DNA of 62,987 nt, the filler included, from Folioceros fuciformis (Eukaryota): NCBI GenBank assembly GCA_049999805.1. It is 4 parts of 4 records of this genome, joined end to end, with 100 filler letters (N's around TTAATTAATTAA, not from the genome) between each part and the next. Parts side by side here need not be neighbours in the genome. Positions count along the whole stretch, not along the records: positions 28,899 to 57,969 come from JBNGIO010006081.1; 3 more parts are not named here. One strand, written 5' to 3'. Shown piece after piece: positions 37,682 through 49,900 of the stretch. The position numbers and the translations under genes are program-made. The stretch's first letter is position 1. The number at the start of each line of letters is the position of its first letter. The notes beneath the pieces are model-generated. The model did no database searches. It saw only the letters and a list, made by a program, of their open reading frames with translations, and was not told where the DNA came from.

Positions 37682-39008
37682 CTACAAGTGAGGAAAGGCA
37701 CTGGCTGGCTGCAACGTTATATCATCGCCCATACCCTTCAAGTCAATAATGCATGCCAACACCTTTTCTGTTGCCATGATCAATATTTGTTGTCCACATT
37801 GTCCTGGAGGTATGCCTTGGAAAGACTTCCAGGGCTTGGTCAGCATGTCCTTTGGCTTCACATATCCTGAGTCAACCAACTTCGAGTCATCCAAGGGCTT
37901 CTCTTTCCCTTCCCTTTTTGCTAGTGCCCATTGTGGTATGCTTCTTTTGCTCTGGCAATTCTCGTGCTTCCCACCTGGTGAATATTTTGTCTATGTTCTG
38001 CCAGACCTTGCCTTCCAAATTTGCTATGCAAATGATGTGTGTTCGATTATCCACCTTGTTCTATTTGTAGACATCATCCTGCTGAGCCTCATCATCCTCT
38101 ATCAAGCCCAATACCTTGTAAAGGTTGAACTTCCATGACATAGTCATCTGCACATCATCCTGCTTTGCTATAATAAGTTCATCCTAAAGATACCTAACTT
38201 GCTCAATGAATAACATTTTCCACCTTTTGTTGGACATCATGTTGTAATTTGTTGCTAGAACCCTCATCTCCTGTAAGGTTAAGCCACAGTACACATGCGC
38301 TTCAATGTACTGAAAGCGTTGTTTACTGGGTGACATATCAGCAAGATGCTTCATCGCGGCATATGTATGGTTCCCACCCAAAACGCCCATTGTGTACTTC
38401 TCCGCCCTGAACTTGTCCCAGTCCATCTCCAGCATGTCTGAGCACTCCTCAAGATCTATCATGCACAATAATGGGAGGACCCTCTCCTCAATCCTCCCCT
38501 TCGAAATAACCCTAGCCAGGTAGTTAGTCCGCGCTTCATCGACTTTCGAGATCTGTGCATCTGGTGTCAAGAATGATGTTGGCCGAAGGTTCTCAAGTGT
38601 CACCAGAACAGTCTCCTTCACTACCTTCTTGTAGTATGCGTATTCCCGAATCTTTGTTAGCGGGTCTTCATCCATAGCCGCCTCCACCAACCACTCCTCA
38701 TCCATTGCCACATGCACAATGGAAATATGGGTTATTTCTCCACTTCCAGCCTCAACGGCCCTACTCCTCTTTCTTTTCTGGCCGGATGATTGAGTGAAGC
38801 TCGCTGACCGACTGCCGCCTGTATCTCAGGCCACCTTCTTGCCTTTTTGTTTTCTCCCACGGATTTCCAGGCCTCGTGGTTCATCGTCAGGGCTCCCACC
38901 ACTGTCCATTGTTCTCTCAGGTTGGGAGGCTACCCTCTCCCATTCTTGTGACACTGATGACCAGACAACTCTACCGTTCCACTCCTGCGAACGCTGGTCG
39001 GCTGGCAC
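37682..39008 (-). pseudogene. ParB/Srx-like N-terminal domain and linker, upstream of and apparently fused to the MTase
   Basis: VTLENLRP..KVDEARTNYLARVI..MGVLGGNHTYAAMK..IEAHVYCGLTLQEMRVLATNYN; the same frame continues through premature stops at 38826 and 38184. Confidence 0.65.
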
Positions 39009-39251
39009 CCTCCCCCTTCACCTTCAGCCTAGCAATTGATAAACCATTCTAGGTTTGGCGAAGGCAAGATGGCCACGGCCCAGCCATCGACATGGGCGCC
39101 GGTCGGCCAATGCCCTTGGGTGGCCTCTGCTCGTATTAGACTGTTGCAACCTCTAGAGACACTCCAGGCTCGAGGTAGTTCGGGAACATTACCTCCTTAT
39201 CAGGCACATCTCTCTTTGCATTCAAGCCCCCATCTTCAGAGTCTGATTGCC

Positions 39252-40195
39252 CTAAGAGGTTAGGGATCGTCCCAATTCACTGTCCTCCCCACTGCCATTC
39301 GGCATCACCATTGCCTCTACTCCTTGATGGGTTCTGGGAATAGCCATAGCTCGGCAATGAGCCTGCACTAAGTGGGTGATCTCCATATAAAGGCATTGTA
39401 TAAATGATTTCGCATATACCTCATCATGCAGCACCCACCAACGTAGCAGTCAGCAATCAATTTTGCTCCGATGCCAGCCCAACATGAGGTAGGGAGTTCT
39501 TACCGGTCGTTCTCGCCGACATTCCAATAACATCTGAACAAGACGCTGAGGCTCACACTTCTTTATCGTCATGGCGTTAAACAATAGGTGATATAGTCTG
39601 TAAGCATCAATAAAGTTGGAAATCTCGTCAAACGTCTGTTGCTGGGTAACGCAAAGAAGTAGCGCCTCCACTCCAATGTTCCCCATCTGTAATGTTGCCC
39701 ATATCACCCACCCTGCTCTTCTCCTTTGATTCGGATAGGCGCCCCTATACCCCATTATAAACAATTTGAAGAGAGGAGTCCAAATCCAGTAGTCCTCCTC
39801 TGGCTCCTCCTCCTGCACAAGGATCCAATTCCTCTCTATAACATCCTCCACTACTACCTTCGCCAATAATCGCTTTATCTTCATAGTCTCCTCATAATTG
39901 AAGGGCGATTGCATAAGAGGTGGCTCGCATTGGCGTTGGGAAGGCACAGTGCCTTCCATGTTCTCCCCTCCACCACTTGTAGTGCTCACCCTCCCACATT
40001 GCAAGCTATGAGAGCACGATGCTCCCCTTGTTGGGGATGCCATTGCAACGGGCATAGGATCCACTACTCGCGGTGGCAACCTTTAGGTGTAGGCTTCTTC
40101 TTCCCCACACGTTGCTTCTTCACAGGAGCGCACTCCCCTTCCTGGTCCCCAACATCCCCACCTGCCCTTGCCTTCGCCCTGCTTTTGGTTGCCAT
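39252..40195 (-). pseudogene. Unknown cargo ORF-A of the transposon (one frameshift, one stop)
   Basis: MATKSRAKARAG..KKQRVGKKK basic start, then a ~200-aa helical Trp-rich region that reads through the stop at 39450. Confidence 0.5.
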
Positions 40196-40859
40196 GTCCT
40201 CGAATGCGCAAAAGAGAACATATTCAATTCAGGCTTGCAGCTCCAATTTGCTTTTGATTACTACCACACGCCAACGCTCCGCTACAAGCTATGCGTAGTT
40301 GCGCCCAAATATGAACACCAAGGTTCCGTATACGACAACTAGTTGAAAGGCCTCTACCTGCACATTTGTAGCCTTTTATTTTGTCGTCTCAAATACGCTT
40401 AGTGTGTAGCAACCCTAGATCAAAATAGCAATGTCTTCAGGCCATATACATATTGGTATATATTTTACAGTACATCTAGTTATTGAAAAGGAGACAATCA
40501 TTACTAATTGGTTGATGGATTCGAAACCCGACAAATGATGGCGTTCCGCTACACCGTGAATCTCCACAATAGATACGGGTGCTGGCGTTCTTAATGACGC
40601 CGGCTCTGCTTAATGCGTACCGAAGGATACAATGTCGTTGTGACGTTGCTGTGTGCCCGCCAATGTTGTTGATGATCTTCAATCTGGTGCCACAAGACTT
40701 ATTGTCAAATGCTTGCAGATCCTTTCACCTGCATCATATTACTAGAGATCAGGCACCAATATGACAGCGTACCACACAATATTGACCGCGCTGCACAATG
40801 TGGAGGTCAACAATGTTAGCAATGCTTTTCGCTACCCCCGCTTTGCTATTGAAATTCTT

Positions 40860-43110
40860 CTAGCCTGTTGTGCTCTTCACCTCTGTAATCGCTGTAGTGG
40901 TTAGGTATAGGACGATTTGTCTACTTTCATTGTACAAGACCCAATGGGTAGATTGAAACGGAGGCGCCTCATATTGAACAAGCAGACATCAGGAGCATAT
41001 GGAAGTGTTGATAGGGCCGACTGCATTCCTCACAGATGGAAGGTACAAGGGCAGCACTACTTGCAACCACCACTAGCTTGTCCGTCGCTTGAAGGGCATC
41101 GCTGCATTACTGATCGTTGCTCCCGCCTTTCGCAGGGGGGAGGGGAGGAGGAAGAGGCCGATCAGGCCGCCCACACAGAGGGTGGGCGCCGGCTAGCCGG
41201 CGCCCTCCCTACGTGCGGGCTTTTGTGCTTATGGTAGACCCGCTCAACCCATTCCATGCGAAGCATAGCTAGGTTTTGTGGTGACACATGGCCCGTCTAA
41301 GAGTCCCCGAAAGTAGGGTTTAAAGGTCGCGAAATCCTACTCAAGTGTCGTTGCGGTGAGTTTGGCACTTGACAAAATGAATCTAGCAAATCAGCATGCT
41401 CAGTTCACTTGATATCCGAGCTCGTGCATGCAGAGAAGTACCATACTACTTTAGACACCCACCAAGATCGGTTATGCACAAAGCGTGCAAAGATGTCCAA
41501 GCATTAGAGCAAAAGCTATGTGTACTCACGGAAGTACCTGATGCTAGCAATCGATGGGATGGATCAAAAGAAAACAAAGATTCTGCACTTCGTACAATGG
41601 GCCAAGAACCTATTTGAGGAAAGCCGAGTGGCAATGCATGTAGTGGGGTGTATGGTGCACACATGTGTACAATGTGAAGGCATAGCTGCATCTGGTAAAC
41701 TTGCGGAACAACGCAAACTTGACTATATCAATGATCCAAAATGTCATTCTCACATATGTTGGCATATTGCCAAAGGTTCTATACTTACAATTGGACAACA
41801 CATTCAGAGAGAATAAGAACCAACTGCTCTTCGCATACCTAAATATGCTCATGGATATGGGAATGTTTGAGAAAATCAAGGTTGGTTTTTTGCTTATGGG
41901 CCACACACATGACAAAATAGACCAGATGTTTTCATGTTTCTCAAAGAGCTTGTAGCACAAAGAAGTGCACACAGTGCCTTCTTTGGCAAATACTTTGCAA
42001 AACGCATACACGCCTACTCTAGAGGTGAAGGTCCTCACAGAAGTCCCAAATTTCATATCCCTTGTGTGGCCAGTTCAAAGGGGAGCAAGACGTAGCTCGT
42101 ATAAAACGGCAGTGCGACGTTTGAATAATTTCTCGTTCTAACATAAATTCAAAATAACCTGCAAGTAGAGAGGGGACGAGGGCTCATTATAGTGATACGA
42201 AGTAAGCAGTATTCAACGTCTCCCACTTGGGAGACAAAAGGAGGCTTGGAGTTTTTGAAATTTGTCGCGATGGCCACTATCTTTTCTACACCACTCCTCT
42301 CTCTATGAGCAAGGGACAAGAAAGGAATTGATACTAATATGCAACTAGTAGCCGGGGTTACCCACTTGAAGGAGGGCCTTGCCATGTTACTTTCCTGCAT
42401 TTCGATGGAGGACAAGCTGTGGTAGGATGAGTTTTGAGAAACCCAACATGCAGTAGCAGAAAATGGTAGAGAACAAAATAGAGCTCCCTCTACAGGTTCC
42501 GTGAAAATGGTTTTCGAGGGATGCACCCAAGGAGAGTGCTAAACCATTGCAAGTTCCTAATGAAACGTTTCTTGATGAAGCAGTGTTGAGGGAACTCCCA
42601 TAGAGGGACATGTATATAGGCAACTACTGGTGGCCCATACAACAACAACAGCAGATGGATCCCATGAACGGTGATGTGTCTAAGATAAGGGAAGGAATGT
42701 TCATTGCTACCCCATGCTGCACAGATACAGACAATCGGCCTTCAAGAATAGGAAAAGTGGAGGAAGTGCGAATGGAAGGTGCCAGGCCAACCTTGCTTGT
42801 CCATTGGTACCGAAATGCACATACTGATGCATATGAAGGGAACTATGTAGAAGAATTCATTGTCAGAAACAATAGACCGCAGGACGTCGACAAGGCAAGC
42901 TAGCAAGGGCGGAAGGCCAAACATCGCAAAAATGTTCAAGAGGTGTTTATGGATGAGACTGTAATCCTCTATTACGGTTTCAACCTCACAACAAGGAAGC
43001 ATCTTTATGCCGCTGATAAAAAGGGGATTCAAAACAAACTCCATTAGTTGCGTGGAATGATAGAACCCCCAAGTGACCCTCAGATTATAGTCAGTGATGA
43101 TGAGTCACAG
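40860..43110 (+). pseudogene. Sola-like (DUF7869-type) DDD transposase with a C-terminal BAH/SH3-like domain, decayed
   Basis: LMLAIDGMDQKKT, LYLQLDNTFRENKNQLLFAY, KIKVGFLLMGHTHDKIDQMFS; tail GMFIA..RIGKVEEV..LLVHWYR. The 5' start is uncertain. Confidence 0.8.
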
Positions 43111-44459
43111 TAGATGCTTGTTGGCAGAGGCCTCCACCTGCCCCGTCTGTAGGTTTCCTAGAAGCAAATGCGTGTGAAATAGGGTGCCATGCCATTTTGG
43201 GATGAACCTTTGGCATGCACCTTCACCTTGGGACAGCAAGTGTCCCTGACAGTGAGAGGCTAGCGTTGCTATCCATCGGGGAGCAAGGGTTGGAATTGAC
43301 TAAACCCATTAGCGTTCATAAGATAGATGACGGTAGATAGCCACAATGTTAGGAGTGTAGTGAAACAAGGAATGTGTTCCATTACCGTTTGTATTGTCTT
43401 CATGGCTATAATGACAGAATTTGTCTGCATTATGTACAGCTGTGTACGAAGTTCCGATAGCAGTGGGTTGTAGCACATGATCCTAACACTGCCCACATTT
43501 GAATATGTAGACCTGCCTTCATCATGTAAGTGGGGCGATGACATGTGCCCGCCGGCCGATACCTTTCGATGCACAACTTCCATGTTGAAGATCGGTTTCT
43601 ATATTCCAAGGTGGGAAGATCATGTGTCCATACGAAAGTGGTATGGCCAATGAGAACAGGGAGCATGTGTTCCCATTGTCGGACCTAGACTTTGGTTGTC
43701 CAACAAGGATTCGCTTAATATCGTAAAACAATAAAGAAGACATCGGCATGGACGGTGTATGTTATGGGTTTAGATCTGCATATTGTGGGCGTGTTACCCG
43801 AGTGTCACACCATTACTGAGATAGACTAACCCCTATTATAGCACTTGCGTACAGCCGACTGTCCATGGTTGAACAACAATTTTGCAGCATATGGGCTTAA
43901 AAGCGCGGATTGCAACGCATGTTTGGGACCAATCCGAGTTTTTTGAGGCATTCACCCTCTTGAGCTTCATTTAGCCCTTTGCAACTTTGGCGTGTTATAA
44001 CTTGATCATCAAAATTCTTCAAACTTGATAAGAAAGTTGAAGAAGCAGCAATTGTCATGGTGTGCAACTTGACCTTTTACACAGTGTAGGAAAAGAAAAA
44101 AATAAATGTTGTATCATGATCCCTAACGTGAGCCAAGTCTTAGTTTAAGGCTACATATATAAATTTGTGAATAAACCTAGGAGGTCCCACTAGAACCCCA
44201 AAACCTACAATCCCTATGGGGAAGTGATATCTCCCCCCACATATTAAAAAGAGGGTATGATGTTTGAGGGGACCAAACCTTATATTTGGCAAACTTAACC
44301 CTAATAAGCCCCAAATGGAAGAGTTCTTAGGAGAAGAGTCAAAGGTTGGTTTTACCTTTCCCTTGGCTTTGAGGATATGAGTGTCGGTAAGTGTAAATGA
44401 GAAAATGCATTTCGAGAACTGATAGAGACAGTAGAAAACATCAACTTAAAATGCGTCAT

Positions 44460-45750
44460 GGCAAAGAGGGCACTCTCTAATGGATTCCCATGTTTGGTGT
44501 CGCTATCAAGTTGATAATAGAGATTCATTCCATGGTTAGATTATGTTGGAAGTAAAACTTGGATGAAGAACCATAAAATGAGTAGACAAATGGGATAAGG
44601 CCAATGAGTTGCCCTCACATTCTCGAGTTGTGAGAAAGTGACAACTTGGAAAAGTGTGTTAAAAGCATTCTCAATGTCCATCTACAAAGCCACCCAATAT
44701 GATTGTGACTTGAGGATAGTCTAAACACTAAAGATGGCAAACTCATAGCCGCATAAAAATGACAATCCCAAATTGGCGAGAAGAAAGATGTGCTTGAAAT
44801 TGCTTCCAAAGTTGCATTGCAATAATGCAACTAACAAGGCGCAAAACTACCTTCCCAATAGGAGTGGGATGGAATCCCAAAGTGGGCTTCTCCAAAGCAA
44901 GTAGCCTGCTTATCTCTAACACCTGGGACATCTAGTGAGGGGCGTCTAGACCTCTTTGCAAGAATTACCACCAAAGTAAAAAACATTAGAAAATCCAATT
45001 GAGAGATCTTGTATGGAGAAATAATCTCAAAGATGGTTCCAAAGCATCCCTAACATCCCTCTGAACAAAAGTAGTGGGGCGATAAAGTCGCAGGACGATG
45101 GAGAGGGCGCAACCAAAGACCAACTCGTTCAAACCAAAAGGCTCCTTCTTTTCATAAAGTCTAAAATGNNNNNNNNNNAACTCGTTCAAACCAAAAGGCT
45201 CCTTCTTTTCATAAAGTCTAAAATGTTGTGTCGAATGATGTTATGGGATTCAGGTAGAGAACACCTGCTGTCCCTATGGTGATCTTAGAAGGTGTGGCCA
45301 CAAGTGTTGAGCACAAAGCTTTAACAACTTGGGTGTACTCAACATCCCAACCTGGTGAGAGATATCTCTTAAGACTTGTGTTAAAAGGGTCTAGGCAAAG
45401 CTTATCCATCTTGGTAAACTCAAGCTAGAATTTTCTTGCAAATAAATCTTCCTCCTAAGGCCTACTAATCTCCTGATTGAAAACGTCAAACGAGAAGCAA
45501 TCTCTTGATATTTTAAAAGAATTGCCCCCTGGGGACACCACATACAATCAAAGGGAGGAAGAGAAACAAAATATGAGCATCCTCCTCCTTCGGGTTTTTG
45601 TGCTAGGTGCTCCAATGATAAGTAGGAGGGGAACCATGCGTCGTTATCAATATGCCTTGGGAGACATTGGAAGAGGTGAGGGCACAAAAAGCGAGCATAA
45701 AACAAGGCCATTAAGTGCTTTAATTACAGAAGCTTAAGCACTTGAATTCA
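44460..45750 (-). mobile_element. Relic of a CRE-like non-LTR retrotransposon reverse transcriptase
   Basis: LLALEKPTLGFHPTPIGKVVLRLVS..AHLSSRQFGI and MDIENAFNT resemble the L.K..GG.RPIA.GE..RRL..QFG..D..NAFN motifs. Confidence 0.6.
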
Positions 45751-46976
45751 AGGTAGTATTAGACCCACAACCAAGCCTTTGGTGGCAGCTCAAGCGGAGC
45801 CACCGAAAGAGGAGTAGGGGTAAGAGCGACATCAAAGAAAGGGATAAGAATCCTAGAGTTGCGCCTTTGTCAGGCAACAAGAGATCCAAAGAACAGGTCC
45901 ATGACATCCAAGAGGAAAGGAGAAGAGGGAAAAAAGAAAAAATGATGTAGACTTGTTCTATATATGGGTGTATCCATCCACCTAGCTAGAGAAGCTTAGC
46001 TTAGCTTAGCTTGGGTGCGAAGGAAGGTTACGAGGATACTAAAAAAAGACAAGGGAAACCATGCATCTATCTTATGTATGTACCTTGTTTTAAGCGAACC
46101 GAGCCAACGAAGGGCACCAGGCCGGGGAAGGTTAGACTAGGTTGGGTTATGCTAGGCGAGGGGAGGTGAGAGTAAAGTGAGCATCTGTCTACATGGAAGG
46201 AGAAGGGAACGGGCTTTTTTGGACTGGACAGTCAGATTCAATCACCTTGCCAAGGTTTGCTGCCACTTTCTCCGACCTTGACCCAGAACAGATTAGCCCA
46301 GCCGAACTCAGCCGAGCCGAGCCGAGCCCAGAGCGCGCAGCTTCCTGCATTCCAGGGCCTCTTCTCCTGCTCCAATTGTAGTCTACCGCTCGGCACGTGC
46401 AGTACCACAGGTCCTGGCCCTGGAAGGCATCTCGCACCCCGATGCGTCTCCTGGTGTATTCACAAGGTGCCACATTCCACCGCGGCTATGGCGTCCGCTC
46501 CTGCTAGTGACCTACCGAGCTGGAGAAGCAAGCAGGCATCGTCGAGCGGACGGGGATCGGGGTGCAATCGCGATCCGGTTCCGGACGAATGTCGGATGGG
46601 CTTCCGCTGGTAGCCCGTACTGCCCACTCCAGCTGCCCTTGAACCGCACGGCCTGCGCCGCGTCCATGCTTGAGCCGAACCATACTGAGCCGGTGAAGGG
46701 CGCGAGCTACTTGTAGGGGCATTGTATCTCTTGGTCAGCCGTCCCAGGAGGAAGACGTGGGCGGAGGATGTGACTGGAGGGGGCGAACGGCGGGAATTGG
46801 ACGTGGGAGGAATGACTGCGGGNNNNNNNNNNNNNNNNNNNNNNNNNNNNNNNNNNNNNNNNNNNNNNNNNNNNNNNNNNNNNNNNNNNNNNNNNNNNNN
46901 NNNNNNNNNNNNNNNNNNNNNNGTCGATACGTAAGGGACAGGGGCATTGTTGCTGCGTGAGCTGCGGGAGGGCAAG

Positions 46977-49900
46977 ATGAAGCTCCCAGCTTGTTCCATT
47001 TGTCAGATGACATTCAATGAGGATGATAGGGTGCCCATGATGCTGCAGTGCGGGCACAGCTTCTGCAAGGAGTGTCTGGCGCACATGTTTTCTGTGAGTA
47101 CAGATCACACCTTGTTGTGCCCCAGGTGCCGGCAGCCGTCCAAGGTGGGCAACAGTGTGGAGGCGTTGCGGAAGAACTTTGGGATGATGTCGCTTATTCG
47201 GAGGGCGTCGGCGGATGGGCCTGCGGACGACGACTCGGATGAGGACGACGAGCTGCTCGACTGTACCTCTAATCCTTACTCGGACCGGTCGCACGGGAAC
47301 ACCCCGCAGGCCAGCCCGGGCTGGCCTCCCGCCTGCGGGGGCATAATCTTGGATCTGTCATCCCATTCTCTGCGCCTTGTACGCCTCATTGGGGCTGGCC
47401 CTCGGTCGGGCCAGGATGTCTGGGCCGGCCTTATTTGTGGACCGGGTGGCTGTAGGCACAAGGTGGCTGTTAAAAGGCTGGATATTCCGGATGGAATGAG
47501 TTTCGACTGGATCCAGGCCAGGGTTGACCACCTTCGACGATGTGCCATGTGGTGTCAGAACGTCTGCACCGTCTATGGGGTGTGTGAAAAAGATCACAAG
47601 CTTTGCATAGTCATGGACAAGTATCTTGGTTCAGTGCAGAGTGTCATGGCCCAGAATGAGGGCCGGCTCACGCTTGAGCAGATCCTTAGGTACTGTTCTG
47701 CTGCCCTCAATCTGGTTTCTCTGTGGATGTTGGACACGCCAGTGCACCTCAACTCTAACCTGCATGGACATGTTTCATCCAAGGCATCATGCAGCGTTGG
47801 ATGACTCTTTGTGAAAGCGTGAAGAGTGTCTGAGTTTGGATGTTGAGTTGCTGGTAGAAGTTATTGTGAGCTTCGTGACGCTACCTGGATAGCAATTTTT
47901 TTTTTGGGCATTCCTTCCGCTGTCACTGCATGATGGGGGTGTTTTCTCCGTTGAGAAGTCAAGTTTGGGTTTGCTTGTCGCAAGGTCTATGGACGAGGAG
48001 ACACCTGTGCTCGTCACTGGACCTGCTCTGTCTTTGCTCAAGCCTTTCACTTAGCAGACAAAACCATTGAGTGATGTCTTCGGTCCCCTTCCGCACATGC
48101 AAGTACAGGCTCTGTCTTGTGTGGTCGTCTTTTAGTGAACGAGAACCAAAAAATGATGTCATGTCATGTCCAGACCTCTTGAAAGACTTGCTTGACCAGC
48201 GTTGCTCTGGGTACATTTTTAGAGGACTGTATTTTACTGTTTTAATCCGAATCTGATTGAACAAACTTTTTGTTCAGAGCTAGGCTTGAGCCCTGTCTCA
48301 AGCTTTTAATTCATGTGCAGATACGGAGCGGACATTTCTCGTGGAGTTGCTGAACTACACGCTGCAGGGGTTGTCTGCATGAATTTGAAACCTTCAAACT
48401 TCTTGCTTGATGCAAAAGGTCGAGCAGTTGTGTCGGACTTCGGCCTTTTGGAGATACTCAAGAAACCTCAGTGCAAAAAATCTCGTACTGCCAGCGAAGA
48501 TGGTGCAGGTCAGATGCACTCTTGTATTGATTGTACTTTGCTAAATCCCAATTACATGGCGCCTGAAGCCTGGGAGCCTCTTCGGAAGTCATCGTTGAAT
48601 ATTTTTTGGGAGGATCATGTCGGGGTTTCTGTGGAATCGGATGCGTGGAGTTTTGGGTGTACCCTGGTGGAGATGTGTACTGGTGCAATTCCGTAAGTGT
48701 ACTTCACCCAGTTATCTAGGATTCTAGGTATGCTGTTCAATACGAAAATTATTGGGGGTGTTGTTTTCACATCTTGGATTGCATGCGCCACAGATGGGCT
48801 GGTTCAACCATGGAAGAAATATATCGATCTGTGGTGAAAACTCGTAGGCAGCCACCACAGTACGTTGGGGTTGTTGGAGGAGGTATACCCAGGGAAGTTT
48901 GGAAGATGATCGGCGAGTGTCTACAGTTCAAGCCATCAAGAAGACCATCATTTCATGCAATGCTCGCGATTTTCTTGAGGCATCTCAGGGAGATGCCTCT
49001 CAGCCCCCCTCCAAGTCCAGACAAGTGAGTTCCAATCTTTATTCAGCACACAGGTCTTCAGGTTTACCCTAAGTACTCAAAGATGGTGTCTTGGCGACTT
49101 ATTGGCCTGTTTCCTTGACTAACTGATGTTCACTCATTACTGCAAGGTATTGGGATGTGAACAGCGATCCCGCAAAGGATTCAGATGTGACCAGTACAGA
49201 GCCATCACCATCATCAACACTTGAGTTTGGGCAAATTACACAAAGCACTCTCCATCGCCTTGTTGCAGAAGGTGACATAGAGGGTGTTAGGTGAGCCAGT
49301 CCTTTGTTTGCTGATCGATGCTGGGACCAAGCACAGGCAATTTATGAGCGTGTGCATGGTATTTGATCGATTCTTCAACTTGTCTTGCTGTAGAGAGCTT
49401 TTCATCAGAGCTGCAGCTGGGAAGGCTGGAGTATCTGTGGGTACCCTTTTGGAGAGCAGAAATAACGAGGGTCAAACAGCCTTACATATTGCTGCCATGA
49501 GAGGTTATTCAGACATGGTTGAGCTCATGCTCGAATATCCTGAGGCTGATGTGGAGGTCCTAGACAAAGATGGGGACACCCCTATTGTCTTCGCTGTGGC
49601 GTCTGGAACTCCTGAATGCCTGAAGGCTTTGATTAAGAAAAGGGCGAATGTAAACGCTAGGCTGAAAGAAGGGATGGGTCCAGCAGTAGCACACGTATGT
49701 GCTTTCCATGGACAACCAGATTGTATGAGGGTATGTGGACTCTTGTCTTAAGCAACACTTCTTTGGGCCTGTATCCTGTCATGCCTGAGCCCCGTCTCAT
49801 CTTTTATTTGTGGGGTATATTGCATTTCTCAGGAGCTGCTTCTAGCTGGAGCTGATCCCAACATAGTTGATGATGAGGGTGAGACTGTCCTTCACAGAGC

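Larger units (their letters stand above)
35937..43996. mobile_element. 8.06-kb Sola-like TIR DNA transposon carrying a ParB-like/DNA methyltransferase cargo
   Basis: TIRs AACACGACAAAGCTGCAAGGG (35937) vs reverse complement AACACGCCAAAGTTGCAAAGG (ending 43996), 18/21 identical; 4-bp TSD ATAA at 35933-35936 and 43997-44000; internal DDD transposase. Confidence 0.85.

Noticed and set aside
36482-39008. Bacterial contamination as the source of the MTase
   Set aside because: It lies without a gap inside a TIR/TSD-bounded element with a eukaryotic-type transposase and is decayed by stops and frameshifts like neighbouring plant TEs.
46189-46934. ORFs upstream of KEG
   Set aside because: GC-rich promoter/5' UTR with a gap; no coding signature.
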